This document shows, one piece after another, positions 18,139 through 27,052 of a DNA stretch of 50,061 nucleotides. The number at the start of each line of letters is the position of its first letter. The first letter of the stretch is position 1. A program made the position numbers and the translations under genes. Origin of the DNA: Actinomycetota bacterium (GTDB lineage Bacteria > Actinomycetota > Acidimicrobiia > Acidimicrobiales > JACCXE01); contig JBEEFT010000203.1 of the NCBI GenBank assembly GCA_041166225.1, positions 1 to 50,061 of the forward strand, written 5' to 3'. A model generated the notes under the pieces. The model was not told where the DNA came from. It did not search any database and was given only the letters and a program-made list of their open reading frames with translations.

Positions 18139-18992
18139 TGTTCCGCGTTTTCGTGGAGCCCTATCAATCGGGGTTCATGCTGCGCGCGCTGGTTGAGGTC
18201 GTCTTGCTCGGAGTCCTCGGCGCAGCGGTTGGGGTGCACGTGCTGCTGCGCAAGCTGACCTTTCTGACCGACGCGTTACAGCACACGGTGTTCCCAGGCA
18301 TCGCGATCGCATTCGCGTTGCAGGCGTCGGTGCTGTTGGGCGCGCTCGTTGCCGCGGCGATCACGGTTGTGATGTTGGTGGTGCTCACACGCGACGAACG
18401 CGTCCACGCCGACGCCGCCCTTGCAGTTATGACGGTGGGCTTCTTCGCGCTCGGCGTCGCGGTTGTTTCGCATCGCAGTGGTTACGCGTCGGACCTCAAC
18501 CAACTGTTGTTCGGCCGGATCCTCGGCGTGGACGCGAGAGAAGTCGTGGAGACCGCGGTAATCGCTGCGGGCGTAATCACTGCGCTCGTCGTACTGCACA
18601 AGGAACTTGTGTTGATGGCGTTCGATCGCGTGCACGCAACCGCGCTCGGGTACTCGCTGTCCGCGTTCGACTTGCTGCTCGACGCCGCGGTAGCGCTCAC
18701 GGTTGTAGCTGCGGTGCGCGCTGTGGGCAGCGTGCTCGTGGTCGCCTTCGTGATCACTCCAGTGGCCACCGCGCGGCTCGTCACCGGTTCGGTCGCGGGC
18801 GCAGCCATCGTTGGCGCGGCTATCGCCGCGGTCGTCGGCTGGATCGCGTTGTCCGTGAGTTACGAAGCGGCGGTCAATCACGACGTGCGCCTCGCGCCGG
18901 GCGCGACCGTGGTGGTCGCGTTCGTGGCGGTGTTCGCCGTAGTGGCCGGAGCGGTCGCCTGGCGCGAACGCCAGAGGAGCGTCGCCGCGTGA
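18138..18992 (+). CDS. metal ABC transporter permease (ABC-3 family)
   Basis: MFRVFVEPYQSGFMLRALVEVVLLG is a typical ABC-3 N-terminus. The ATG overlaps the upstream TGA by 1 nt. Confidence 0.9.
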   Translation: MFRVFVEPYQSGFMLRALVEVVLLGVLGAAVGVHVLLRKLTFLTDALQHTVFPGIAIAFALQASVLLGALVAAAITVVMLVVLTRDERVHADAALAVMTVGFFALGVAVVSHRSGYASDLNQLLFGRILGVDAREVVETAVIAAGVITALVVLHKELVLMAFDRVHATALGYSLSAFDLLLDAAVALTVVAAVRAVGSVLVVAFVITPVATARLVTGSVAGAAIVGAAIAAVVGWIALSVSYEAAVNHDVRLAPGATVVVAFVAVFAVVAGAVAWRERQRSVAA

Positions 18993-19801
18993 GCGCCCTC
19001 GTAGACAGCCTGCACTCGCCGTTGTTCCGTCGTGCTCTAGCCGAGGCCCTCCTCGTCGGCGTTATTGCAGGTGTGGTTGGTGTGCACGTGGCGTTGCGCC
19101 GCATGTCGTTCTTCGTGGTTGCCCTGAGCCACGGCACGTTCCCCGGCGTAGTCGCCGCATCGCTCATTGGCGTGAGCCTGTTCCTCGGAGGCCTCACGGC
19201 GGCTGCGTTGATGATCCTCGCTGTCGTAGTCGTCAGCCGGACGCGTGCGGTCGACGACTCGAGCGCGATCGGCGTCGTTCTCGCCGGCGCGTTCGCCGTC
19301 GGCGTATTGATGCTGTCCGCCCAGCCCGGGCAGTCCCGCGATCTCACCGCGTTCCTTGTGGGTGAGGTGCTCGGCGTGACGACCGCCGATGTCGTCCGCA
19401 CCGCGATTGTCGGCGTCGTCTTGTTGACGACGCTCGCGCTGTTGCGCAAGGAATTGATCGGCTCCGCTTTCGACCGCGCCGGTTTCGGGGCGCTCGGCTA
19501 CTCGACGGCGATGCTCGACGTCGTCGCGATGGCGGCGGTCGCAGTTGCGCTGGTGACGGCGATCCCCGCCGTCGGCACGATCCTCGCCGTGGCACTTCTG
19601 ACGGTGCCGGCGCTGGCGGCGCGCCAGTGCACCGATCGCTTGGCGGTGTTGGGTCCGCTGGCCGGCGCGATCGGCGGCGGCAGCGCAATCGCTGGACTGG
19701 CGGCGTCGTCCGTCTTCGGCATCGCCGCGGGCGCCGCCATTGCGTTGGCGGCTGTAGCCGCGTTCGGTGTTTGTTTCGTCGCACGCCGTGTCGTCGCCTG
19801 A
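18989..19801 (+). CDS. metal ABC transporter permease (ABC-3 family), second subunit
   Basis: Paralogous to the preceding permease. The GTG start overlaps the upstream TGA (GTGA). Confidence 0.9.
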   Translation: MSALVDSLHSPLFRRALAEALLVGVIAGVVGVHVALRRMSFFVVALSHGTFPGVVAASLIGVSLFLGGLTAAALMILAVVVVSRTRAVDDSSAIGVVLAGAFAVGVLMLSAQPGQSRDLTAFLVGEVLGVTTADVVRTAIVGVVLLTTLALLRKELIGSAFDRAGFGALGYSTAMLDVVAMAAVAVALVTAIPAVGTILAVALLTVPALAARQCTDRLAVLGPLAGAIGGGSAIAGLAASSVFGIAAGAAIALAAVAAFGVCFVARRVVA

Positions 19802-19858
19802 CCACTTCCCAGAGCGGCCACAGCAGGCTCACAGAAATCAGGGCCACACTTGAGCCTC

Positions 19859-20548
19859 ATGAGTGATCGCCTGTCCCGTGTGTTGGTGGTTGACGACGAG
19901 GAGAACATCACGTTCCTGCTCGACTCAGCCCTGCGCCACTTCGGGTTCGACGTGCGGGTCGAGCGCAACGGTCGCGATGCGATCGCGGCCGTCGACGCGT
20001 TCAATCCCGACGTCGTGCTGCTCGACGTGATGTTGCCCGACCTCGACGGCTTCGAGATCGTGCGCCGCTTGCGCCTCGACGGGGCCAAGGTTCCCGTGCT
20101 GTTTCTCACCGCCCGTGACGCGACGGAAGACAAGGTTCGCGGGCTCACGCTCGGCGGCGACGACTACGTCACCAAGCCATTCAGTCTTGAAGAAGTGGTC
20201 GCTCGGATCCAAGTGATCCTGCGCCGTCAGGGCGCGACCACCAGTTCGGCCCAGCTGAGCTTTGCCGATCTCGAGTTGGACGACGACGCGCACGTAGTGC
20301 GCCGCGCCGGACAGGTGATCGAGTTGTCGCCCACCGAATACAACCTGTTGCGCTTCCTGTTGGTGAACGCGGGCCGTGTGTTGTCGCGTAACCAGATCCT
20401 CGACCACGTGTGGCAGTACGACTTCGGTGGTCACGCAACGGTGGTCGAGACCTACATCTCGTACCTGCGCAAGAAAATCGACAAGCTCGGCCCGCCGCTG
20501 ATCCAGACGGTGCGGGGCGTGGGTTACTCCTTGCGCCTCGCCGCGTAG
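19859..20548 (+). CDS. OmpR/PhoB-family response regulator (MprA-like by synteny)
   Basis: Receiver domain VLVVDDE...DVVLLDVMLPDLDGF and a winged-helix C-terminus RGVGYSLR. The alternative TTG start is at 19850. Confidence 0.93.
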   Translation: MSDRLSRVLVVDDEENITFLLDSALRHFGFDVRVERNGRDAIAAVDAFNPDVVLLDVMLPDLDGFEIVRRLRLDGAKVPVLFLTARDATEDKVRGLTLGGDDYVTKPFSLEEVVARIQVILRRQGATTSSAQLSFADLELDDDAHVVRRAGQVIELSPTEYNLLRFLLVNAGRVLSRNQILDHVWQYDFGGHATVVETYISYLRKKIDKLGPPLIQTVRGVGYSLRLAA

Positions 20549-20560
20549 AAACCACCGCGC

Positions 20561-21949
20561 ATGTCACTGCGTCGTCGAGTCATCATCGCCTTCATCGCTG
20601 TCGCGGCGGTGCTCGTGATCAGCAACCTGGCGATCTCCTCGACGCTCGGCACGTTCCTCGTGAACCGTGTCGACAACCAACTCGTCACCGCGGGAGGGCC
20701 CCTGGGCGACCGACCGGGTGACCCCCACGGCGGCGACGAGCAGAACGAGGCGGTTAGCGAGTACTTCCAGGCCGTCGGCGACCTCGACACGGGCACGATC
20801 AACGCGTTCGGGGGCACCTACGACCCCGTGCACCGTCCGCCGCCGAAGCTCGCGATCAAGGTGGTCAACGCGCACCTGACCTCGCCCGGGCAAGACATCA
20901 AACCGTTCACGACCGGTGCCACATCGGGCAGTGGCCAATGGCGAGTGGTCGCGATCGCGAACCGATTCGATGGCCGCATCAGCCTGCTCGGCATCAGCCT
21001 CGACGGCGTGCACGACACGCTCAGCCACGCCCGCAACATCCAGATCGCAGGCACGCTGGCGGTGCTTGCTGCCCTGGCCTTCGTGTCGTGGTGGATGATC
21101 CGTCTAGGCGTGCACCCGATCGCGTCGATGGCGGCGACGGCGGAGAAGATCACCGGCGGCGACCTGTCGCTGCGCGTCGACCATCCCGACGAGCGCACCG
21201 AGGCCGGCAAGCTCGGCGCCTCACTCAACGCAATGCTCGACCGCATCCAAGATGCGTTCCGCGCCCGGGAAGAGTCCGAAGCCAAGGTACGGCGCTTCGC
21301 CGCCGACGCTTCCCACGAACTGCGCACGCCGCTCACGTCGATCCGCGGCTACGCCGAGCTGTACCGCGCCGGGGGGTTGAACGACCAAGCGCAGATGACC
21401 GACGCCATGCGCCGCGTCGAGTCCGAAGCACAGCGCATGGGCATCCTCGTCGAAGACCTATTGCAACTGGCCCGCCTCGACCAGGAACAGGCGAACGATC
21501 GCGGCTACGTCGACCTCGCTGACATCGCGTCCGACGCGGTTGCCGATGCGCGCGCCGTCGAACCCGACCGGCCGATCGACCTCAGCGTGGTGCCCGCAGT
21601 GGTCCACGCCGACGAGGCGGCGCTAAGGCAAGTGGTGGCGAACCTGTTGGCGAATGTGCGCGCGCACACGCCCGAGCACACCCCCGCTGTGGTGACCGTG
21701 CGCGTGCACGATCACACCGCAGAGCTGGCCGTAGCCGACGAAGGCCCGGGGCTACCCGAACACGCCGCCGCGCACGTCTTCGAACGCTTCTACCGCGCTG
21801 ACGAATCACGGGCCCACGGGGGCAGCGGCCTCGGTCTCGCGATCGTCGACTCGATCGCACGCGCCCACGGTGGCCAAGCCACGGTGTCGTCGGCTGAGGG
21901 CGAAGGCGCCCGTTTCGCAGTAACGCTGCCGCTTGCAGCAACCTCGTAA
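20561..21949 (+). CDS. HAMP-domain sensor histidine kinase (MprB-like by synteny)
   Basis: Two TM segments, a HAMP domain, H-box ASHELRTPLTSI, and N/G boxes (GSGLGLAIV). Confidence 0.93.
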   Translation: MSLRRRVIIAFIAVAAVLVISNLAISSTLGTFLVNRVDNQLVTAGGPLGDRPGDPHGGDEQNEAVSEYFQAVGDLDTGTINAFGGTYDPVHRPPPKLAIKVVNAHLTSPGQDIKPFTTGATSGSGQWRVVAIANRFDGRISLLGISLDGVHDTLSHARNIQIAGTLAVLAALAFVSWWMIRLGVHPIASMAATAEKITGGDLSLRVDHPDERTEAGKLGASLNAMLDRIQDAFRAREESEAKVRRFAADASHELRTPLTSIRGYAELYRAGGLNDQAQMTDAMRRVESEAQRMGILVEDLLQLARLDQEQANDRGYVDLADIASDAVADARAVEPDRPIDLSVVPAVVHADEAALRQVVANLLANVRAHTPEHTPAVVTVRVHDHTAELAVADEGPGLPEHAAAHVFERFYRADESRAHGGSGLGLAIVDSIARAHGGQATVSSAEGEGARFAVTLPLAATS

Positions 21950-21985
21950 ACGCCTCACAGCCACCCCACAGATCCCGGGCACACG

Positions 21986-23194
21986 ATGACGACCATGGAC
22001 ACGCTGCTCGACGAAGGAAACGCCGGCGACTCTCCCCGCGTCGTTCCGCCCGTTGCCCCCGAGCGCAGCGACGAACAAACGCCGATCGTGACCGCGTCAC
22101 CCCCTTCCTCCCCGAAGTGGCCCCAGCGCGCGGTCGCCCTCGTCGCAGTAGCGGTCCTGTCCGGTGGCACCGCGGCCGTAGCGACTCATGCGCTCGACGG
22201 CCGCGGCGCCACCACCACATTCGGCGCCACCGCCGCGCCCGCCTCGGCGGCCCGCGCTCTCGCGCTGTCGGGTAAGAAGCTCGACGTTGCCGGAGTCGTC
22301 GCGGCAGTCGGTCCGTCGGTGGTCACGATTCAATCCGAAATCAGCCAAGGCGGGCCGTTCGGCGGTACCGCAGAAGCGGCCGGCACCGGCGTGATCATCA
22401 GCGCGGAGGGCGAAGTGATGACAAACGCGCACGTGGTCGAGGGCGCGACTTCAGTGAAGATCACGCTCGCCGGCGAGTCGCAGGCCCGCACCGCGAACGT
22501 GGTCGGAGCCGACGCCGACGCCGACCTCGCGCTCCTGAAGATTCCGAACGTAAGCGGACTGCCCGCGGCCACCCTCGGCAAGTCTGCTGACGTCCACGTC
22601 GGCGACGACGTCGTGGCGATCGGCAACGCCTTGGCGTTGCGCGGCGGCCCCACCGTCACCCGCGGCATCGTGTCCGCGCTCGACCGGTCGCTCGACACGG
22701 GCAGCGCCACGATGACCGGCCTGATTCAGACCGACGCGTCGATCAGCTCGGGCAACTCCGGCGGTCCGCTCGTCGACGCCACCGGCAAGGTGATCGGCAT
22801 CAACAGCGCGGTCGCCGCGAGCGGCCAAGGCTCGTCGGCTGAGAACATCGGTTTTGCTATCGCCATCGACAACGCAACGCCTGTGCTCGATCGCCTGCGC
22901 ACTCACACCGCGGCCGCCGCTTCGGGTTACCTCGGCGTGCGCACGACCGACCCCACCGACGGCAGCCGCGGCGCCGCAGTCGCCAGCGTCGAGTCGGGCT
23001 CGGCAGCAGAGAAAGCGGGACTCACGGCGGGCGACCTCATCACGGCCATCGACGGCAAGACGGTCGACGGCGCTGCCGCGCTTGGCGCCGCGATCCGCGC
23101 GCACACGCCGGGGACGCCGGTCCGCATCACGTTCATCCGCGGCAGCCAGACTCATACCGTCACCGCCGATCTCAACCCGCAACCGACCAGTTAA
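21986..23194 (+). CDS. HtrA/DegP-type trypsin-like serine protease with PDZ domain (PepD-like)
   Basis: Motifs TNAHVV, DLALLK and GNSGGPL form the catalytic triad context. The C-terminus is a PDZ domain (AEKAGLTAGDLITAIDG). Confidence 0.92.
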   Translation: MTTMDTLLDEGNAGDSPRVVPPVAPERSDEQTPIVTASPPSSPKWPQRAVALVAVAVLSGGTAAVATHALDGRGATTTFGATAAPASAARALALSGKKLDVAGVVAAVGPSVVTIQSEISQGGPFGGTAEAAGTGVIISAEGEVMTNAHVVEGATSVKITLAGESQARTANVVGADADADLALLKIPNVSGLPAATLGKSADVHVGDDVVAIGNALALRGGPTVTRGIVSALDRSLDTGSATMTGLIQTDASISSGNSGGPLVDATGKVIGINSAVAASGQGSSAENIGFAIAIDNATPVLDRLRTHTAAAASGYLGVRTTDPTDGSRGAAVASVESGSAAEKAGLTAGDLITAIDGKTVDGAAALGAAIRAHTPGTPVRITFIRGSQTHTVTADLNPQPTS

Positions 23195-23212
23195 GGACAG
23201 GCCCAGCCGACG

Positions 23213-23890
23213 ATGCGCACGAAGCTGCTGATCGGCATTCCGTTGGCGCTCGCCATCGCAGTGGTCGGGGGATCGTGGTTCTACATCAAGGTGCTCGAGA
23301 GCGATCCGCCCGCGCACCTCACAGTCGACAGCGGCTCGTCGAACACCACCATCGCGAACGCACAAGACGACGGTTCGTCCGACGGATCGTGGAAGGTTTC
23401 GTCGGACAGCATCGTCGGATACCGGGTGAAGGAGACGTTGTTCGGCGCCAGTGGCGAAGCCGTGGGTCGAACCTCGAAGGTCACCGGATCCATCGCGATC
23501 AGTGGCACCACCGTGACGAGTGGATCGTTCACGGTTGACATGACGTCGGTCGCAAGCGATCGCACTCAGCGCGACGGTCAGTTCCGTAGTCGCATCATGA
23601 ACACGTCGCAGTTTCCGACGGCCACGTTCACATTGACGTCGCCCATCGCGCTGTCGTCGGTTGCATTGAACGAGACCGTTAGCGCCACCGCGGTCGGGGA
23701 CCTCACGCTGCACGGCGTCACCAAGCGAGTGACGTTCCCGGTCTCGGCCAAACGCGCGACGGGTGAGGTGCGCGCCAACGGAACGATCCCGATCCACTTC
23801 TCGGACTATCGCATCAACGACCCCTCGGGTGGTCCGGCGTCCGTCGGCGATGACGGCACGCTCGAGTTCACCCTCGTCTTCACGCGCTGA
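23213..23890 (+). CDS. YceI family protein (membrane-anchored)
   Basis: N-terminal TM helix followed by a YceI-like lipocalin pattern (S.VGYRV.E.L.G....G.....VTG...., TLHGVTK.V.F.V). Confidence 0.85.
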   Translation: MRTKLLIGIPLALAIAVVGGSWFYIKVLESDPPAHLTVDSGSSNTTIANAQDDGSSDGSWKVSSDSIVGYRVKETLFGASGEAVGRTSKVTGSIAISGTTVTSGSFTVDMTSVASDRTQRDGQFRSRIMNTSQFPTATFTLTSPIALSSVALNETVSATAVGDLTLHGVTKRVTFPVSAKRATGEVRANGTIPIHFSDYRINDPSGGPASVGDDGTLEFTLVFTR

Positions 23891-23902
23891 TCGCGCTGTC
23901 GG

Positions 23903-24724
23903 TCAGCCCGTCTCTTCAACGCAGATGACTGAACGGCTCTGTTGCGACACGAAGTAGGTGCTGGTGGCCGCCGGGCACTCGTTGGGCACCGTTACGACTT
24001 GGAGCACTTTGCCGTCGTGGTCGCCCGAGCACTTGGGGATGTGACGGCTGATAACGCGGTGGCCATCGGTGTTCGTCTCGAAGTTCACGCACCGGCCGGC
24101 TAGATCGCGGGTCGCAACCTTGGCCGGATGAGTCCGCCACACGCCATAGACGCTGACGACAACCAGCACGAGCGCAGCGACGTAGATCCCGGCGCGGCGG
24201 TAGAGCGGTACTCCGGCCGGCAGCGAAGGACGCGACGACTCGACCGGCGGTTTGAGCCGCATGACCTTCGCCCGGCCTGCAACGTTTTGGGCGACGAAGA
24301 AAAGATTGGCGAAAAACGAGATCAGCCCGAACCAGCCCGCCATCAGCGTGTGATCCATGGCCTTGCGGAAGATGGCCTCGCCGCATTCGCGGCACCAGGG
24401 GCCCTTGTACGACTTCATCCGCCAGGCGAACACCATGCCGGTGTTGGAGCGGAAGGTCACCTCGGTCGCAGGGAGACCTTCACAGTTCCGGCACCGGGTT
24501 CCTGGCGATAAGCGTGGCGGTGGTGGCGTCGGCTCCGTCACAGGCGGCGGTGAGGGCGCACGCTCCTGAGCTGGTGTTGGCGTTGGCGTTACGCGAGGCG
24601 CGGCTGTCGCCGCGACGACGGTGCCGCCGCACGACGCGCACGTGCGTTTGCGCGGTGGCGCGTCGGCGCCGCAGGCCGTGCAGCGCCGCGTAGCGGCCCG
24701 CGTATCAGTTGTGGTCACTTGCAT
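23903..24724 (-). CDS. zinc-ribbon membrane protein of unknown function
   Basis: CTACG-N11-CASCG ribbon, a Pro/Thr linker, a second CRNC...CREC pair, two TM helices, and a C-terminal domain with 4 Cys. Confidence 0.75.
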   Translation of the reverse strand: MQVTTTDTRAATRRCTACGADAPPRKRTCASCGGTVVAATAAPRVTPTPTPAQERAPSPPPVTEPTPPPPRLSPGTRCRNCEGLPATEVTFRSNTGMVFAWRMKSYKGPWCRECGEAIFRKAMDHTLMAGWFGLISFFANLFFVAQNVAGRAKVMRLKPPVESSRPSLPAGVPLYRRAGIYVAALVLVVVSVYGVWRTHPAKVATRDLAGRCVNFETNTDGHRVISRHIPKCSGDHDGKVLQVVTVPNECPAATSTYFVSQQSRSVICVEETG

Positions 24725-24890
24725 CTATCGGCTGTCGAGCGCCATAGCTTGAATGAACGGCTTCTCGGCATCGGATCGGCTGCAGAACGACCAATTTGAT
24801 GCCGAGATCCGGGAAGCGATCGCCGCGGCACGACAAATGGACCGGCGCGGCCGGATCCGAGCGTCGTAACCGTCGTTACGCTCGGTCGTC

Positions 24891-26324
24891 GTGGCTGACC
24901 CGTGGTGGAAAACCGGCGTGATCTACCAGATCTACCCGCGCAGTTTCCTGGACACGAATGGCGACGGCATGGGCGACCTCGGCGGCATACGCGCCAAGTT
25001 GGACTACCTGCGCGACCTCGGTGTCGACGCCATCTGGTTGTCGCCGGTGTTCACGTCGCCGCAGAAGGACATGGGCTACGACGTCGCCGACTACTGCGAC
25101 GTCGACCCGTTGTTCGGTGACCTCGCGACGATGGACGCGCTGATCGCCGACGCGCACGCGCGTGACATCAAGGTGCTGCTCGACTGGGTGCCCAACCACA
25201 CGTCGGATCAGCACCCGTGGTTCGTTGAGTCGCGTTCGAGCCGCGACAACCCGAAGGCCGACTGGTACTGGTGGCGTGACGCGACACGGGAGGACCCTCC
25301 GAACAACTGGGAAGCGAACTTCGTCGGGGGCCCGGCCTGGACGTGGGCCGAGGAACGCCAACAGGTGTACCTGCACAACTTCCTGCCCGAGCAACCCGAC
25401 CTCAACTGGCGCAATCCTGAAGTCGTCGCGGCGATGCACGACACGCTGCGGTTCTGGCTCGACCGCGGCGTTGACGGGTTCCGCATCGACGTCGTTCATC
25501 TGCTCGGCAAACCCGAGTCGCTGCCCAGCATCCCCAACGACGTGCGTGGCGTGGGACGCGTCAACTTCTTCGACTTCGACGACACGCACCCGATCCTGCG
25601 CGACATCCGCGCGCTGCTCGACTCCTACGACGGCGACCGGCTGTCGGTGGGTGAGGTGTACCTATTGTCGACAGAACTCGTCGCCAAGTACTACGGCGAC
25701 AACGACGAGTTGCACCTGGCCTTCAACTTCCCGCCGCTGTACGCGCCCTGGGACGCCGACGCGTGGCGTAAGCGCATCGATCGCGTAGTCGACGAGTTGC
25801 CTCACGACGCGTGGCCCACGTGGGTGTTGTCGAACCACGACAACCCGCGTCACCGCACCCGCTACGGCGGCAGCGAAGCCAAGGCGCGCGCGGCCGCCGT
25901 GTTGTTGCTCACCCAACGGGGAACGCCGTTTCTGTACGCGGGCGAGGAACTCGGCCTCGAGGACGCGGTGGTCCCGCCCGAACAACAGGTCGACCCGGGT
26001 GGGCGCGACGGGTGCCGCGCGCCGATCCCGTGGGACGAGGCCGACGGCAACGCGATGCTCGACTTGTACCGCGAGCTCCTGGCGACGCGCCGATCGTCGC
26101 CCGCGCTGCAGGTTGGCGACTTCGCCTGGGCAGACAGCGCGCCGGGCACGTTGGTCTACGAACGAAGCCACGGTGACGATCGCCGCATCGTTGCGATCAA
26201 CTTCACCGACGAACCAAAGCCGGTTTTGTTGCCGGAGGGGGAGTGGCGCGTCGAGGTGTCCACCCACGCGAGCGACTTCGCCGGGCAGCTCGCGCCAGAT
26301 CAAGCCGCCGTGTTTGCGCGGTGA
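24891..26324 (+). CDS. GH13 alpha-glucosidase / oligo-1,6-glucosidase family glycoside hydrolase
   Basis: Motifs WWKTGVIYQIYPRSF, GVDAIWLSPV, DWVPNHTS, GFRIDVV and SNHDNPR, which are GH13 conserved regions I-IV. GTG start. Confidence 0.92.
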   Translation: MADPWWKTGVIYQIYPRSFLDTNGDGMGDLGGIRAKLDYLRDLGVDAIWLSPVFTSPQKDMGYDVADYCDVDPLFGDLATMDALIADAHARDIKVLLDWVPNHTSDQHPWFVESRSSRDNPKADWYWWRDATREDPPNNWEANFVGGPAWTWAEERQQVYLHNFLPEQPDLNWRNPEVVAAMHDTLRFWLDRGVDGFRIDVVHLLGKPESLPSIPNDVRGVGRVNFFDFDDTHPILRDIRALLDSYDGDRLSVGEVYLLSTELVAKYYGDNDELHLAFNFPPLYAPWDADAWRKRIDRVVDELPHDAWPTWVLSNHDNPRHRTRYGGSEAKARAAAVLLLTQRGTPFLYAGEELGLEDAVVPPEQQVDPGGRDGCRAPIPWDEADGNAMLDLYRELLATRRSSPALQVGDFAWADSAPGTLVYERSHGDDRRIVAINFTDEPKPVLLPEGEWRVEVSTHASDFAGQLAPDQAAVFAR

Positions 26325-27052
26325 CGATCTTCGACGCGGTCGCCGAGGAATATGACGCCGGCCGACCGTCATATCCCGACGCGCTGTACGACGCGCTCGG
26401 TCCACTCGACGCGAAGCGCGTGCTCGAACTGGGCGCGGGCACCGGGGTGGCAACGCGTCAGCTGCTTGGGCGAGGCGCGTCGCTGGTCGCGGTCGACGCC
26501 GGTTCGGTCGTGCTCGCTCGCGCCGTCGCACGGTCGCCCGGCTTAGTCGCGTTGGTGGGCGACGGTGCGCGGTTGCCGCTGCGTGACGCATCGGCCGACC
26601 TCGTGTGCTGCGCGCAGTCGTGGCACTGGCTCGACCCGAACGCCCGCGTCGCCGAAACCCACCGCGTCCTCGGCGGCGGAGGCCGACTGGCGGCGTGGTG
26701 GTCGCAAACCCGCGCCGACGGCGAGGCGTGGTTCGACGACTACTGCGCCGCCGTCGAGGCCGCGACCGACGGCGGGGTTCGCCGCGAACAGCGCGACACA
26801 GACTGGGGCGCGACGATCGCAGTCGACGGGCGATTCGACGTGGGCGATCGCATCGACGTGCCGTGGATGCGAGTCGTTCCGATCGCCTTGTGGCTCACCG
26901 ACTTGTCGAGCCACAGCTGGGTGGCTGCTATGGACCCGTCGCCACGCGCCGCGCTGTTCGACCGACTGCGCGCGATCCTCGAATCTGCGTTTCCGGACGG
27001 TGACGTGCGCGCGCCGCACGCAACGTCGCTCTGGATCGCGACGAAGAACTAG
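26321..27052 (+). CDS. class I SAM-dependent methyltransferase
   Basis: VLELGAGTGVAT is SAM motif I. The GTG at 26321 overlaps the GH13 TGA (GTGA). The upstream part of the track ORF is rejected. Confidence 0.85.
   Translation: MTIFDAVAEEYDAGRPSYPDALYDALGPLDAKRVLELGAGTGVATRQLLGRGASLVAVDAGSVVLARAVARSPGLVALVGDGARLPLRDASADLVCCAQSWHWLDPNARVAETHRVLGGGGRLAAWWSQTRADGEAWFDDYCAAVEAATDGGVRREQRDTDWGATIAVDGRFDVGDRIDVPWMRVVPIALWLTDLSSHSWVAAMDPSPRAALFDRLRAILESAFPDGDVRAPHATSLWIATKN

Noticed and set aside
19820-19845. MprA-box-like direct repeat upstream of the response regulator
   Set aside because: Only a partial (about 4 of 7) match between the two putative repeats, and my recollection of the consensus is imprecise. 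It is mentioned under the MprAB finding but not called as a feature.
22451-23797. 448-aa minus-strand ORF across the pepD-like and yceI genes
   Set aside because: It is antisense to two genes with clear catalytic motifs. Its composition is dominated by R/D/G/A, and it has no motifs.
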